Shown here: in pieces, positions 39,201-50,558 of the stretch
How the letters are laid out: every line of letters starts with the position of its first letter
How positions within the stretch are numbered: the stretch's first letter is position 1
From: Basidiobolus meristosporus CBS 931.73
Taxonomy: Eukaryota; Fungi; Basidiobolomycota
DNA length: 64,000 bases
Direction: 5' to 3'
Assembly (NCBI GenBank): GCA_002104905.1
Contig: MCFE01000189.1
Span: 62,001-126,000, forward strand
Made by a program: the position numbers and the translations under genes
Notes under the pieces: model-generated
Told to the model about the DNA's origin: nothing
Database searches by the model: none
What the model saw: the letters and a program-made list of their open reading frames with translations, nothing else

Positions 39201-42200
39201 AAACAATGAGAATATTTTCACTCCAGAGGACTATACAGCCATGATTCAGCCAGAATCAGAGCCCAGGAATATTCCAGAAGTGATTATTCCAGTATCAATT
39301 GCCTGGAGATCCAATTGGACAAGAAATAGCCCAAATACTTTATTATGGAGGGTACAAACTTAGCCTATGCCTATTCAGTCCATATTGATGAGCCCCAGAC
39401 TGTAAAAGAGGCCCTAAATAGCCCTCAGACAAAGTCTTGCAGATCTGCAATTACTGAGGAATGTCAGGCCCTAATGGAAAATCAAACTGGGGACTTAGTC
39501 AAATTACCAATTGACTAAAAATCAATTGGGTGCAGATGGGTCTTCAAGACAAAATACAAGGCTGATGGTACAATTGAAAGATACAAAGTAAGACTTGTGG
39601 CCAAAGGATACTCTCAAACAAAAGGACTTGACTATACTGAGACCTTTGCACTGGTAGCCAAGTTTAATTCCATCAGATTGATATTGGCTGTTGCAGCCAA
39701 TTATAAGTTTTTTATTCATCAAATGGATGTAAAAACTGCATTTTGAATGGAAAACTTGATGAGGACATGTATATAGACCAGCCTAAAGGGTTTGTTGACC
39801 AAGATATCCCCCATTTGGCCTGCAGGCTTAAAAAGTCACTATATGGTCTCAAACAATCACCAAGAGCCTGGAATTGCAAGATAGATTCTTGTTTAGGATC
39901 TTTGAGTTTCAAAAGGAGTAATGCTGACTATAATATATACTGCAAGCCAGATGGAGCAAATCCAGTTCTATTAGCTCTCTATGTGGATGATCTTATTATA
40001 GATGCCAATAACCTAGAAACATTGGAAGAGGGTAAATCCAGCTTATCTAAGGAGTTCACGATGTCCAATCCAGGAGAACTCAGTCACTACTTAGGGTCCA
40101 TGTTCTACATAGACAGAAGTACCCAAACTATCACCCTAAGCCAGTCCAAGTATATTCAAGATATACTAAAGAAGTACCAAATGGAAGACTGTGAACCAGC
40201 AGCTACCCCAATGGAGACAAACCTTAACTTGGTCAAAACTCAACCAAATCAAGAGAGGCTTGTGCCATCTAAAAGCCCTGACTTTCCTTATCATTCCATG
40301 GTTGGCATTCTGATGTATATCATGCTTGGAACACGTCCAGATATCTCAAATTCAGTGGGAGTTGTCAGCCAACATAATCAGAACTATGGATCTGATCATA
40401 TTGCAGCAGTTAAGCGGACTTTTAGATACCTAAAAGGAACTGCTGATATTTACTTAAGATACATTTAAAAGGACTCAGAACAGGATCTTGTGGGATACTC
40501 TGATGCTGTTTGGGGACAAAATTTAGAAGACTGAAGATCCACCACAGGATACACCTTTCTTTACTGTAAAGGAGCAATCTCATGGAGCTCAAGAAAGCAA
40601 CCAACCATAGCACTTTCTACCACAGAGGCAGAGTATATGGCAGCCTGTGAAGCCACAAAAGAAGCAATGTGGCTAAGGAAGCTTTTTACAGATATAGGCC
40701 TATGGCAAAAAAACGCCTATTACTTTATTTCAAGATAATCAAGGACATATACAATTAGGTAGAAATCCAACTTTTCATGCTAGAACCAAGCATATATATA
40801 GTAGACATCATTTCATATGCAAAGCTATAGAGAGTAACTTAGTTAACTTAGTTTACTGCCCTTCAGATGAAATGATTGCAGATATATTTACCAAACCATT
40901 AGCTAGAGACAAGTTTGAATATCTTAGGTCAAAAATAGGACTAGTCAGTATGAACATTTAGCTGAGTGGGAGTGTTGTAAAAATTTGTATTTCCACCTAA
41001 ATATTCACCTAACTTAGTCAGTTAGATCATTACCTTCAAATCCTAGAGAATACTGACCAAATTCCTTGTTGGGATTTACTTAAAATATTTTCACCAAAAT
41101 ACCAGGTACTCAGAACATGAAAACTCTCAAAGTTGTCTAAGCAGCCCCAAACTTTGTGCACATGTTTTTGGGACCTTCCTAAACCTGCTCTACATGTTTG
41201 TTATGCCTGGACCATGTAAACATATAAACACTACTTTTACATTAAGTAATTCATTAAGTGAAAACCACATAATCTACTTGTTCTCCCAATCACATCCAAT
41301 ATCTCCAAGACTCTTACAACACTATTGTCACCCATGAAAACCTTCTTCATTTGAATTTCTTGATATTGGGTAAAAAGTTGTTTTTGGTGTGTAAAGTGTT
41401 GAGATGCTCCAGAGTCAATATACCATGTGTGAGAATCCTTGTTTGTGGTCATCTTTAGTGCAGATATGAATAGTCTATCTTCAGTTGTTGCAGCATTTCC
41501 ATATTCAGGCTTTTTCTGCTGACTATCTTTCTTTGAAGCACTGGTCTGATGTGTATCCTTTCCTTTTGCAGTAGTTGCAAAACAGGTTGCTGTTGCCTTT
41601 GTAGGGTCTTGGGTACCTCCTTTGTTGGTTATCATTGCTGATTCAAGCATTTTCTTCTTCCTTCTTATTGGCACTTGATTTTCTTAATTCTTCATCCAGG
41701 AGCCTTCCATATACATAATTTAAGGTCAAATCTTCAGTTTTGGACTCGTCTTTCAGGCTATTCAGGATGGTAAATATCACATCCTCATCAGTGGATGTTA
41801 TGCCCACAGATTCCATTTCATCTACCAGCAGGGTTATTCTGTTAATTAGATCTTTCATTTCTTCTCCTGGTTGCATCTTTGTAATAAAGAATATTTGTCT
41901 CAGATACATTTTCTTAGAAGCTGAACATGACTGGTAGGTGTCTTCTAATGCCTTCCAGGCATTCTTTGCTGTTTTTGCTCTTGATCATTGAATTAGCAAT
42001 TTGTCTTTAACATTAAGGCAAATGTAGTTAAAGGCACTTTGTTCTTTCTTCTGATACTTTAAGGCTTCCTCTCCCACGCTTTTAGGAGGGCATTCTTCTC
42101 CCATGAAAATATCCTAAAGGCCTCTTTCTTGTAGCAGCATCTTCATCTTCACCTTACACACTTGGTAGTTAGATCCATCCAACTTTTCAGCAGAGGGAAA

Positions 42201-42588
42201 AATTCCAGTAATAGCAGTAGTAGACATTGCAGAGAGTGACAGCTTGGGGCTCATAACCTGTTGTAAGAGTATTGGAGATATTGAAGTGATTGGGAGAACA
42301 AGTAAATTATCTGGTTTTCACTCAATGATTTATTCAATATAAAAGTAGTATTTATACTTTTACCTGGTCTTGGCATTAAAAACACGTAGAATAGGTTAAG
42401 GAAGGTCCCAAGAACATGTGTGCAAAGTTTGGGGCTGCTTGGACAACTTATCTAATTTTCATGTTCTGGGTAAATATTCTAAGTAAATCCCGACAAGGAA
42501 TTTGGTCAGTATTCTCTAGGATTTGAAGGTGATGATCTAAGTGACTAAGTTAGGTGAATATTTAGGTGGAATTACGAATTTTACAACA
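33274..42588 (-). mobile_element. Outer Copia element (3' LTR 33274-33621; 5' LTR 42259-42588), ~4.63 kb once the nested insertion is removed
   Basis: Exact PBS GGTTATGAGCCC (complement at 42247-42258). Gag, protease (WYIDSGAS), LWHRRFG, LDLIHSDLCGP, SDNGGEY, LYVDD and RNase H all occur in order but with many stops and frameshifts. Flanks ttttc and taagt do not form a TSD. Confidence 0.9.
36643..41321 (+). mobile_element. Inner full-length Copia element (4679 bp; LTRs 36643-36991 and 40973-41321), pseudogenised
   Basis: 349-bp LTRs ~92% identical by hand count. Degenerate PBS gactatgagtcc, PPT gagtgggag, domain order gag-PR-IN-RT-RH. TSD CTATC/CTATT inside the protease region of the outer element. 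Confidence 0.95.
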
Positions 42589-43150
42589 TAAGTGGGTTTC
42601 ACTTAATGATTTATTGAATGTAAAAGTAGTATTTGTACTTTTACATTGTCTTGCATGACAAGCACATGATATAGGCTAAGAAAGGCTCCAAGAACATGTG
42701 TGCAAAGTTTGGGGCTGTTTGGACAACTTTGAGAATTTTCATGTTCTGGATACCTGGTATTTTGGTGAAAATATTACAAGTAAATCCCAACAAGGAATTT
42801 GGTCAGTGTTTTCTAGGATATGAAGGTACTGATCTAAGTGACCAAGCTAGGTGAATATTTAGGTGGAATCACAAGTTTTTACAAAAGTATCAGCTCCAGT
42901 GTCCAGATAAATGGAAGGCACCTGGCTGAAGAAATAAGAAAATCAAGTGCTAACAAGAAAAACAAGCAAAATGCTTTAATAAGCAATGATGACCATCAAA
43001 GGAGGTACTCAAGAGCATTAGGAGAAAGCAGCAACATTTCTTGTAGCAAGTGCAAAAGGAAAGGACACTCATCAGACTGGTACTTCAGAAAGCAAAATAA
43101 TGAGCAAGAAAAGCATTAATATGTAAATGCTGCAACAATCGAAGATATAC
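42589..43150. mobile_element. Partial Copia LTR (minus strand, 42589-42886) in tandem with the outer 5' LTR, followed by a plus-strand gag fragment
   Basis: LTR homology lacking one end. ORF 42838-43119 contains EEIRKSSANKK and CSKCKRKGHSSDWY. Confidence 0.8.
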
Positions 43151-46100
43151 TTGAAATTGATATGATGCTAGAGCCAAAGCTATTTTGCACCAACTATAGA
43201 AAGTATCCTACAGGCATTTATTTTGGATATTACTAGCCATCCCATCATGGTTCACAAACTATCTCTTGGTGTATTTTACTATACGCACAGCCAAATATGC
43301 TCTCACAACATGTAAGAAGGCCAGTGGCTATGATGTTTGGCCTATGAAGATGATTCAAGCCGGTATATACATTACTGATGGTAGAATTTACATTTTTGGT
43401 GCTAACTCATATTTTGTGAGAGTCGTAAGTACAATGGCATTCCTCCACAGCAGAGATCAATAAATGGTTTTCCGGCTCACATCCAACAATCCAGTTGTAA
43501 ACCAAGCTGTATTCTCCACCAGATCCAGTTTGAACAGCTGGTGATTGCCGCATATTTCGGGACAAAACTCCATGCAACCTCTAGGTAATTACCAATATGG
43601 TTGGATTTTGGTGTGATTGAAAATATTGATGCACTATTCACGGTTGGGGTACCGAGTTGTCCACTACATCAATCAAGGGTTCAGGGCATGTAACAATTAC
43701 AAGAATCTACTCTTCAGATGTCCGTTATAACAGGATCAAAATAATGGGATACCGTTCCGTCATATATGCAATGTCGGTCAAAGGATACGGATTTCAAGGC
43801 GTGATTTGGGCTGCAGGTGAAGTACCCACCGCCGTATTAAGATGAGAAGCCGGGGACCCAACAAGCAGCGCTTTGACTAGGTGGCTTTACTATGTAATTA
43901 ATCCAGAATTTATTTATGAAGATCTGCTATTTGGAGGCTTACTATACACATCCATCAACCTCCGATACTAGCATTCACGGGATCCACGGATCAGGACCTC
44001 TAGCCTCGGCACTGGAAGGTACCTTATCAACATGAATGCTTTTAGTGGTATTTAAATGGAAACATAAAGCATTGAAGTAGGGAGCAATCACTCATCTCAG
44101 GTTAGTACTGGTAGACAAATTGAGATATTTACTCTATAACACAGTGGCCAAAATGTATTGATCTAAATGACATCGCCAATCAGCACGGGGCTAGGTACAC
44201 AAAAGTCCAGTATTTCAAAAGGCGATCCCTCTGATAATCTTTGCCAACGTAATATCGATCCTTGCTCATGGGTGTCAGTTATTTCCACCGAGATGGTCCC
44301 CGACTCCGGTATAGGGTCGGCGGAAAACTGTAACGCTCAAGGTTAAGGCGATAACTAGCTAAGGTTGGTCAGAACGCCAACAGTGAGTGGGAGGGAGTAC
44401 GGGATCTGGATTCTTGTAAATCTATGGAGAGGTTATAGTAAGTGATTTCCCTTGTGAATCCAAAAAAATGGGATTGTTTTGTTTTTCCATCGGAGCCCCA
44501 GTTACAGATCATGCCAGAGACTCCAGCAAAATACCACATCCAGAAGAGCTTGAGGGTAACGTATGAATACCAATACAGATTAGTTCTGTGCATAGATGAG
44601 AACCATGGGGAAAATGTCATCAGTCAAGTGAGAAGTTCGATTCAAAAGCATAATAATATAAATAAAAAATGTCAGATCACTATCAGCTCCGCTTTAATCG
44701 CCTAATTTAGCATGAAGGGAACTCCGAAGATAGAAAGCCCGCGCTCATGATCACGATTGGACACTATGTTTAGTGCATTAGCTTTGAATCCATCTGTTGC
44801 ACCTTACACCATCCACTCCCCAGTCCTTATTGTTGTGCACAAGCCAACTGTTGCAACTAACGCGGCATGTCTTAGTTCCTCCCCAACGGTTCTTGATTTC
44901 GTGCTCGATAAAATTTCACATCGCTTACAACTTCTCTTGGATGTTGAGTTGGCCTGATCGTAAGCCGATAATCAATTGGGCAATGCCCCTATTCGTCCAT
45001 GCTTCAGGAGTAGGCAGGCGTCAAGCGCCATCCAGGCCAATTGATCACTTGTAAACAGCCCTGTGAAATCGAGATCACAGGTATTTACGAACAAGATACA
45101 TCAACTAGATCCCACAATCAACTACCCGAGGAATACATAGGGAATCTAATCCAGTACACTCTCACCCCCTACGTCGTGAAACACTACCCACCTTCTTAGC
45201 CGTGTTCCTGTAGTTTATGATAGCCGCGCTCTACTTAGGACCTCCATAGCCTGAGCGTATTGCACCCTATACCGAGGTGGTGTACGATAGGATTTGTGCA
45301 ACGAACACTTGGTGTACAGTACACCTTCGGATAAACGGCCTGCTTGATTTGGAATTCATGGTAAAAATGTGGTAATGCCAAGGCGTCTTTTGGTTGTGTC
45401 GCATGTATAATAAGAAAGGGCAGCTGTCCAAGATGAAATTTTGAGATTAGCAGTGTCTGGGCCCGAATATGGCCCATCATCCATACCACGTGCTTTTAAT
45501 ACTCGCCAAGCACAGTGCATCACTCTGGTTCGTGTCAACATAGCAGCTAAGATCGTGCACTGGGGTATGCTCATCCAAAAAAAATAACGCAACTGGAGGC
45601 GAATGTTACTTCCAAATCAAGAATTTCAAGGCACCTATTGACTGAATACTGAAATAGGAAGTACAGCCACCAGACTGTCTGTACGGATTGAATGTTTTGA
45701 AGTCCCTGGATGCTTATAGAGATGGCATCATAAGGATTCATGAGACTGACGTGTTGAAGGGGTTCCATTTGAAACCTGGCCATCGATATTCATCAGGAGC
45801 CGGAGTAGAAATCAACATCGTATTAGCAACATGTTGATTTGAGCATAGCCGTGAAAGTGGTACAATATATATGTGGTTTTCAAACAACCTACGTTTAGAA
45901 GTTTCCAATGGAATTTAGCCCGTACCACCATCCATCCCGGCTATGCTGGATGAATACCAGTTCTACATTCAACCTACAATCATGATTGTGATAAGAGTTT
46001 TTTAGATTCCTGTGGTCGTTTCAAATCACCACATTTGACACCCGATCGGTGCGATGTGAAGCATCAAGGTGACGGCAATGAGTTACCCTTTGAAAATGCG

Positions 46101-46423
46101 TATCTCCAGGGCACATCAGATCTGAATGCAAGCAACTGCATTCCATAAACATTAGCTAAGGAACAAATCATGATGACCAACCTCAAACTTGGGATTTTCT
46201 CAACAACAAGATGCACACCTCAAATCTTGGCCGCCTGCAGCTTGTTACATGTCCTCGGATTCCAAGTACAAGGTTGACGTTACAAACATATTCAAACAGC
46301 ACCGCTTGATATAAATTATGCTTCCGCATCATTGTGAACAAAACATTTCTTTGGTAGCAACCTATTCCCGTACATATTTCCCATTTGAAATAGCCCCTTG
46401 CTTAGATACCCAGATCCCGATTC

Positions 46424-48656
46424 ATGATAATGATTGTGCAATGGCTTGTATTGCTTTGTCTATCTAAGGACTTGGCTTTCGGTGCAGCTATTGAAGATAT
46501 CCCAGAGAGAGTAACTTATTTAGTGGAATTCAAAAAGCCTGCTGGCGATTCTATCGCGTGCAGAGAGCAGCAGAATAGTTTTCTGTCGGAAATGAAGGAA
46601 AGAGGAATCTGGACCAAGGAAAGAGTTTCCTTCTCACGCTTAGTGAATGCGATGTCGGTGGAATTCTCCTCGAAATACCTAGACTCCATTGCTAATGCGC
46701 CTGACGTGGAGAAAGTTTGGCCAGTGGTATGTGACAATCGATTTCCTTTCTTTGCAAGAACTTGGTTGACCCGTTTATTCATGCTACTAATAAACCAGAA
46801 TACATTTACACTAAATGCCGGCGACATAATCCAAGCAATTGCCCAACCTGGGTCATCATCCCTTGCTCGGCTAGCTCTTAGTATGACCGGTATCGACAAA
46901 GTCAGAGCCAAGTACGGATATACTGGTAGCGGGATACGAATTGGTGTGGTGGATACTGGCGTTGATTGGAGTCACCCAGATTTGGGGGGCTGTTTTGGCG
47001 AGGGTTGTAAAATACGCTATGGATTTGACTTCGTGGGTGATGAATTTGGTAGAAGATCACCGATCCCGTCTCCTGATGGAGATCCAAGAGATTGCCATGG
47101 CCATGGAACTCATGTCACGGGCATCATTGGGGCAAAGGGATCCGACTATTCCGGAATAGCCCCTGATGCTACATTTGGTGTTTACAAAATATTTGGCTGT
47201 AAAGCAGATACCACAAACGATGAGTACATTATCCAAGTAAGCACGGTTCGCTTAACTACTATTCTGCAGCAATCTTATTCATTATGTTCCTCGAAAGGCT
47301 TTGGAAATGGCGGTTCGTGACGAAATGGATGTCATCAATTTATCTTTAGGTTCCCCGGTCCCCTGGGGCGAAACCCTGGCGGCCAAGGCCGTTAACAGAG
47401 CCGTATCACGAGGGGCTTCTGTTGTGGTCTCCTTTGGAAATGATGGAAGAGCAGGATTGTGGACTGGCGGCGAGCCATCTGTGGCTAGTGATGCAATTGC
47501 TGTAGTCTCTCTAGAGGGCAACAAAGTATCCGATTTTTCCTCATGGGGACCAGACTTTGAGTTGAATTTGAAACCGGATGTTGGCGCTCCAGGAAGGAAG
47601 ATCTTTTCTACTTGGCCGGTATCAAAGGGAGAGTATGCTTTACTGTCAGGCACCTCCATGGCTGCTCCACATATCAGTGGGGCTGTTGGACTTTATATAC
47701 AAGGAAAAGGAAGGAGGGCCCCAAGGCAAATACTCGAGAGAATGTTGACTACCTCTGATCCCATCATAGACAGCAGCAACGGCATCCTGGCACCAGTCGC
47801 AAGGCAGGGCGGTGGCATGCTGAACCTTCCAAAAGCCATCGAGTCCGAGACACTTATCAGGCCAGTGAAGATCGCGTTGAATGATACCTTGCACACCGCT
47901 TCCGTCCGCACTATTACAGTCACAAATGAGGGAAGCGCTGCCCAGACTTATACCTTCGCTCATTCGCCTTCGGCCTCGGTGAATGGGTACTTGGCATCCG
48001 GCCTGCTCACTACAACCCCACGCCTAAGCCCAGTGTATGCTACTGTTGACTTCGACAAGACCTCGGTTACAATTGAGCCTGGGCAGAGTCAAAGAATAAC
48101 GGTCGGAATTCGTCCACCAACGCTTCCCAGAGAGCAATACTGGATTTATAGCGGATATATCGATATTCATCAGGAACAGAATGATGAAATCTACCATGTG
48201 CCATATTTGGGGATCAGTGGAGACCACAATAGCCTTCCCATTCTGAGTGATCCAAAATTCCCAGCCATACTAACCCAGCGAACCGGAAACAAACTCTACA
48301 ACGACCAATCACAGACGGTAGTCTCCTCATTAAATGAGAACGATGCGGTGGTTTTGCTATTCCGGCTCACCCATCCAACGCAGCTAATTAACATTAGAAT
48401 TTGGAGGGTGGATGGGTTAAGACCCAGGCTTCAGGGCTACCTAACCAGGAGAGGCTTTGTAGGACGCAGTATTGATGGTGAGGTTCAGACATTGCGATGG
48501 AGCGGGCGCATCGATAATGCAGCAGGGCAGATTGTGGACGAGGCAGAGAGCGGAGCTACATATCAATTGGTCATCGAGGCACTAAAGCCTTTCGGATCAC
48601 CAAGGAATAGTCAGGATTATGACAGGTGGTTTTCCCCAAGGATATTCGTTGACTAA
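46424..48656 (+). CDS. Secreted subtilisin-like serine protease (S8, I9 propeptide, C-terminal Fn3-like/DUF1034 region, no PA insert), ~699 aa; exons 46424-46726, 46799-47236, 47298-48656
   Basis: Hydrophobic signal peptide; triad VVDTG, HGTH, GTSMAAP; oxyanion GNDG; KPDVGAPG. Introns GTATGT...CTAAT...CAG (72 nt) and GTAAGC...AAG (61 nt), both phase 0, join the two track ORFs in frame. Confidence 0.93.
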
Positions 48657-49646
48657 TCCGAATCTCAGTTTCATTCGTGAAATCAATCTGACCAACACCG
48701 AACGAATACATTATCTATGGCACAAGTAACCCGTTCCATCCATACCAAAATCCCAATGTCACTACCGCACCATTTCCCCGTTTTGAGGAAGAAACCAGAG
48801 GCACTCATGTTTATTTAAAATTGCCTTCTCGAGTTGGTAGTTAACATGTAATATGTACCCCTCATTAGAACCTCATTTTCCAAATAGAACGCCTGATGGA
48901 ATAAGTCATATTCTCCAGTGCAACCCACAAAGTAACTTGGCCCAAGTATCCTGAATAAATCCTGATGGCGTATGACTCTCCCCTAACTTGGATTATCTCG
49001 TATTTACGTGTTAGACCAAGTTGCGAAGTAATCCATTCAAACTTGTAAGAAAGGAAACTGGCCAGACCAGAACCCAGCTATGGTTGCGATCGGGTTCTAT
49101 GAGGCTGCAGATCAGCCAATGGTGTACTCAAGGTGCAGATATCAGCGTGCATTGCCTAGACACCGTTTGTACACCAACCACTAACTAACTGATGGGCGAT
49201 TTGCCGCCGACTCCACACCCAGTTCATGTGATTTCCCGGTCACGGATTAATTGGATGAATTTTATTTAATTTAATTACAAACCAACCTAAATTTCACGAA
49301 TACTATGAGACAACATTCAAAGGATACAAAAATATGTCAAGAATAACATGTATACAATAGAACGTGAGTGAACCAATTACTAATCCAAAGGGTATTCGAA
49401 TGCTACGGAGTAAGGGCCTCCTAACTATGTCTCAGCGAGTAACCATCAGCAGGCACTAGCGAGAGTGCGGTGGATGGTGGCCTCAGAGAAGGGACTGCTA
49501 AGCCTCTTGTCGTTAAGAGGGGAAGAACGGGAGAACGTAAAGGAATGTATCATACATATAAAAATCGAATCGCAAGAATCATTGACAAGTGAACAAAAAA
49601 TCCAACCAACACACCAACCAAGGCTCCTCAGGAGAATGATTCTTGA

Positions 49647-50558
49647 TCAGTTTGAGAGCCTGCGACGTTTGCTCGAAACCATGAACGGATCCTCGCAGTG
49701 GATATCGTGGATTGGCGAGGAGGTTAACAACTGGGCGTGCTGATCTCCGGATGATTCAACTTCGGGCTCTTCTGGAATGAACATTAGATCATGATCACGC
49801 AAAGGTGATACAGGTGAACTAATCACTTCAAATTCCACCTCTCCCTGAATATTAGGCAGTGGCCTACAGACCTTTTCTGTAGGCATATGAGGGTCCCATT
49901 TCTCAGTATTATCATCATAAGACAAGCGACGTTTGAAGTCCTCAGCCGAGTCGCCTTGAACAGAGAGACGCCTAAGCTTTGGTGGGTTGTTGTAATCATA
50001 TCCACCAGGACTTGCAACCGAAATTTTCGAAGGGAGCTTGGCCGGAGTGTTTGAAAGAAGGCATTTTACAAATGGAGATGTTGACTCTCCGAGGGAACCC
50101 GGTAGGCTTCGGGTGCGAATGGGTGTAGTAGCGATGTCTGCAGCAGCTGTGGTCCGATCCTTGGGGGAGAACACGTCGGTTCTCTCTAATTCTCTACACT
50201 CGCTGTCTCTCTGAAGTCGGGTCGCCAAAGGAGTCTCACCGTCAGTCTCCTCGAGCAGTGGATTGACATTGATGAAGTTGACCACTACTCTATTCTCTCG
50301 GGGGACTCTGACTGGTAGGCTCGGCATAGGGTTGGCCGATTCTCTCTTTTTCGAAGAGAGGTTTATGGTTGAAGGACGGCGTTTACGAGTGTTGGGTATC
50401 ACGGGGAATTTCTGATCATGAGCTCTTCCTGAATTCGACCAATCTGGAGGAGGAATTGTCCAATACGGGCTTTGCATCTCTGAAGGTGTTGATTTCTTAC
50501 GGGAGTCTTTAGAACGAGGAGTAAGGGGACAAGAAATGGTTGAGGTCGACATATTCAT
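49647..50558 (-). CDS. Hypothetical intrinsically disordered Ser/Pro-rich protein, 303 aa, possibly nuclear
   Basis: Long stop-free ORF in CpG-rich DNA. First ATG is at 50558 (the track start is a TTG). About 12 S/T-P sites, four RRxS motifs and a C-terminal KRRRL. Confidence 0.75.
   Translation of the reverse strand: MNMSTSTISCPLTPRSKDSRKKSTPSEMQSPYWTIPPPDWSNSGRAHDQKFPVIPNTRKRRPSTINLSSKKRESANPMPSLPVRVPRENRVVVNFINVNPLLEETDGETPLATRLQRDSECRELERTDVFSPKDRTTAAADIATTPIRTRSLPGSLGESTSPFVKCLLSNTPAKLPSKISVASPGGYDYNNPPKLRRLSVQGDSAEDFKRRLSYDDNTEKWDPHMPTEKVCRPLPNIQGEVEFEVISSPVSPLRDHDLMFIPEEPEVESSGDQHAQLLTSSPIHDIHCEDPFMVSSKRRRLSN

Noticed and set aside
1-43150. Classical Neurospora-type RIP (CpA to TpA)
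   Set aside because: CpA and TpG are abundant rather than depleted, and the diagnostic mismatches are all at CpG.
43200-44760. Several 60-90-aa ORFs in CpG-rich unique DNA
   Set aside because: Short, with no recognisable motif or consistent splice pattern; may be a decayed gene but cannot be supported.
44800-45250. Faint resemblance of the minus-strand peptide LPTPEAWTNR to fungal tyrosinase C-termini
   Set aside because: No CuA/CuB histidine motifs were found nearby.
46424-48656. Bacterial origin or contamination suggested by the Bacillus-like subtilisin
   Set aside because: Two canonical spliceosomal introns and a eukaryotic transposon neighbourhood.
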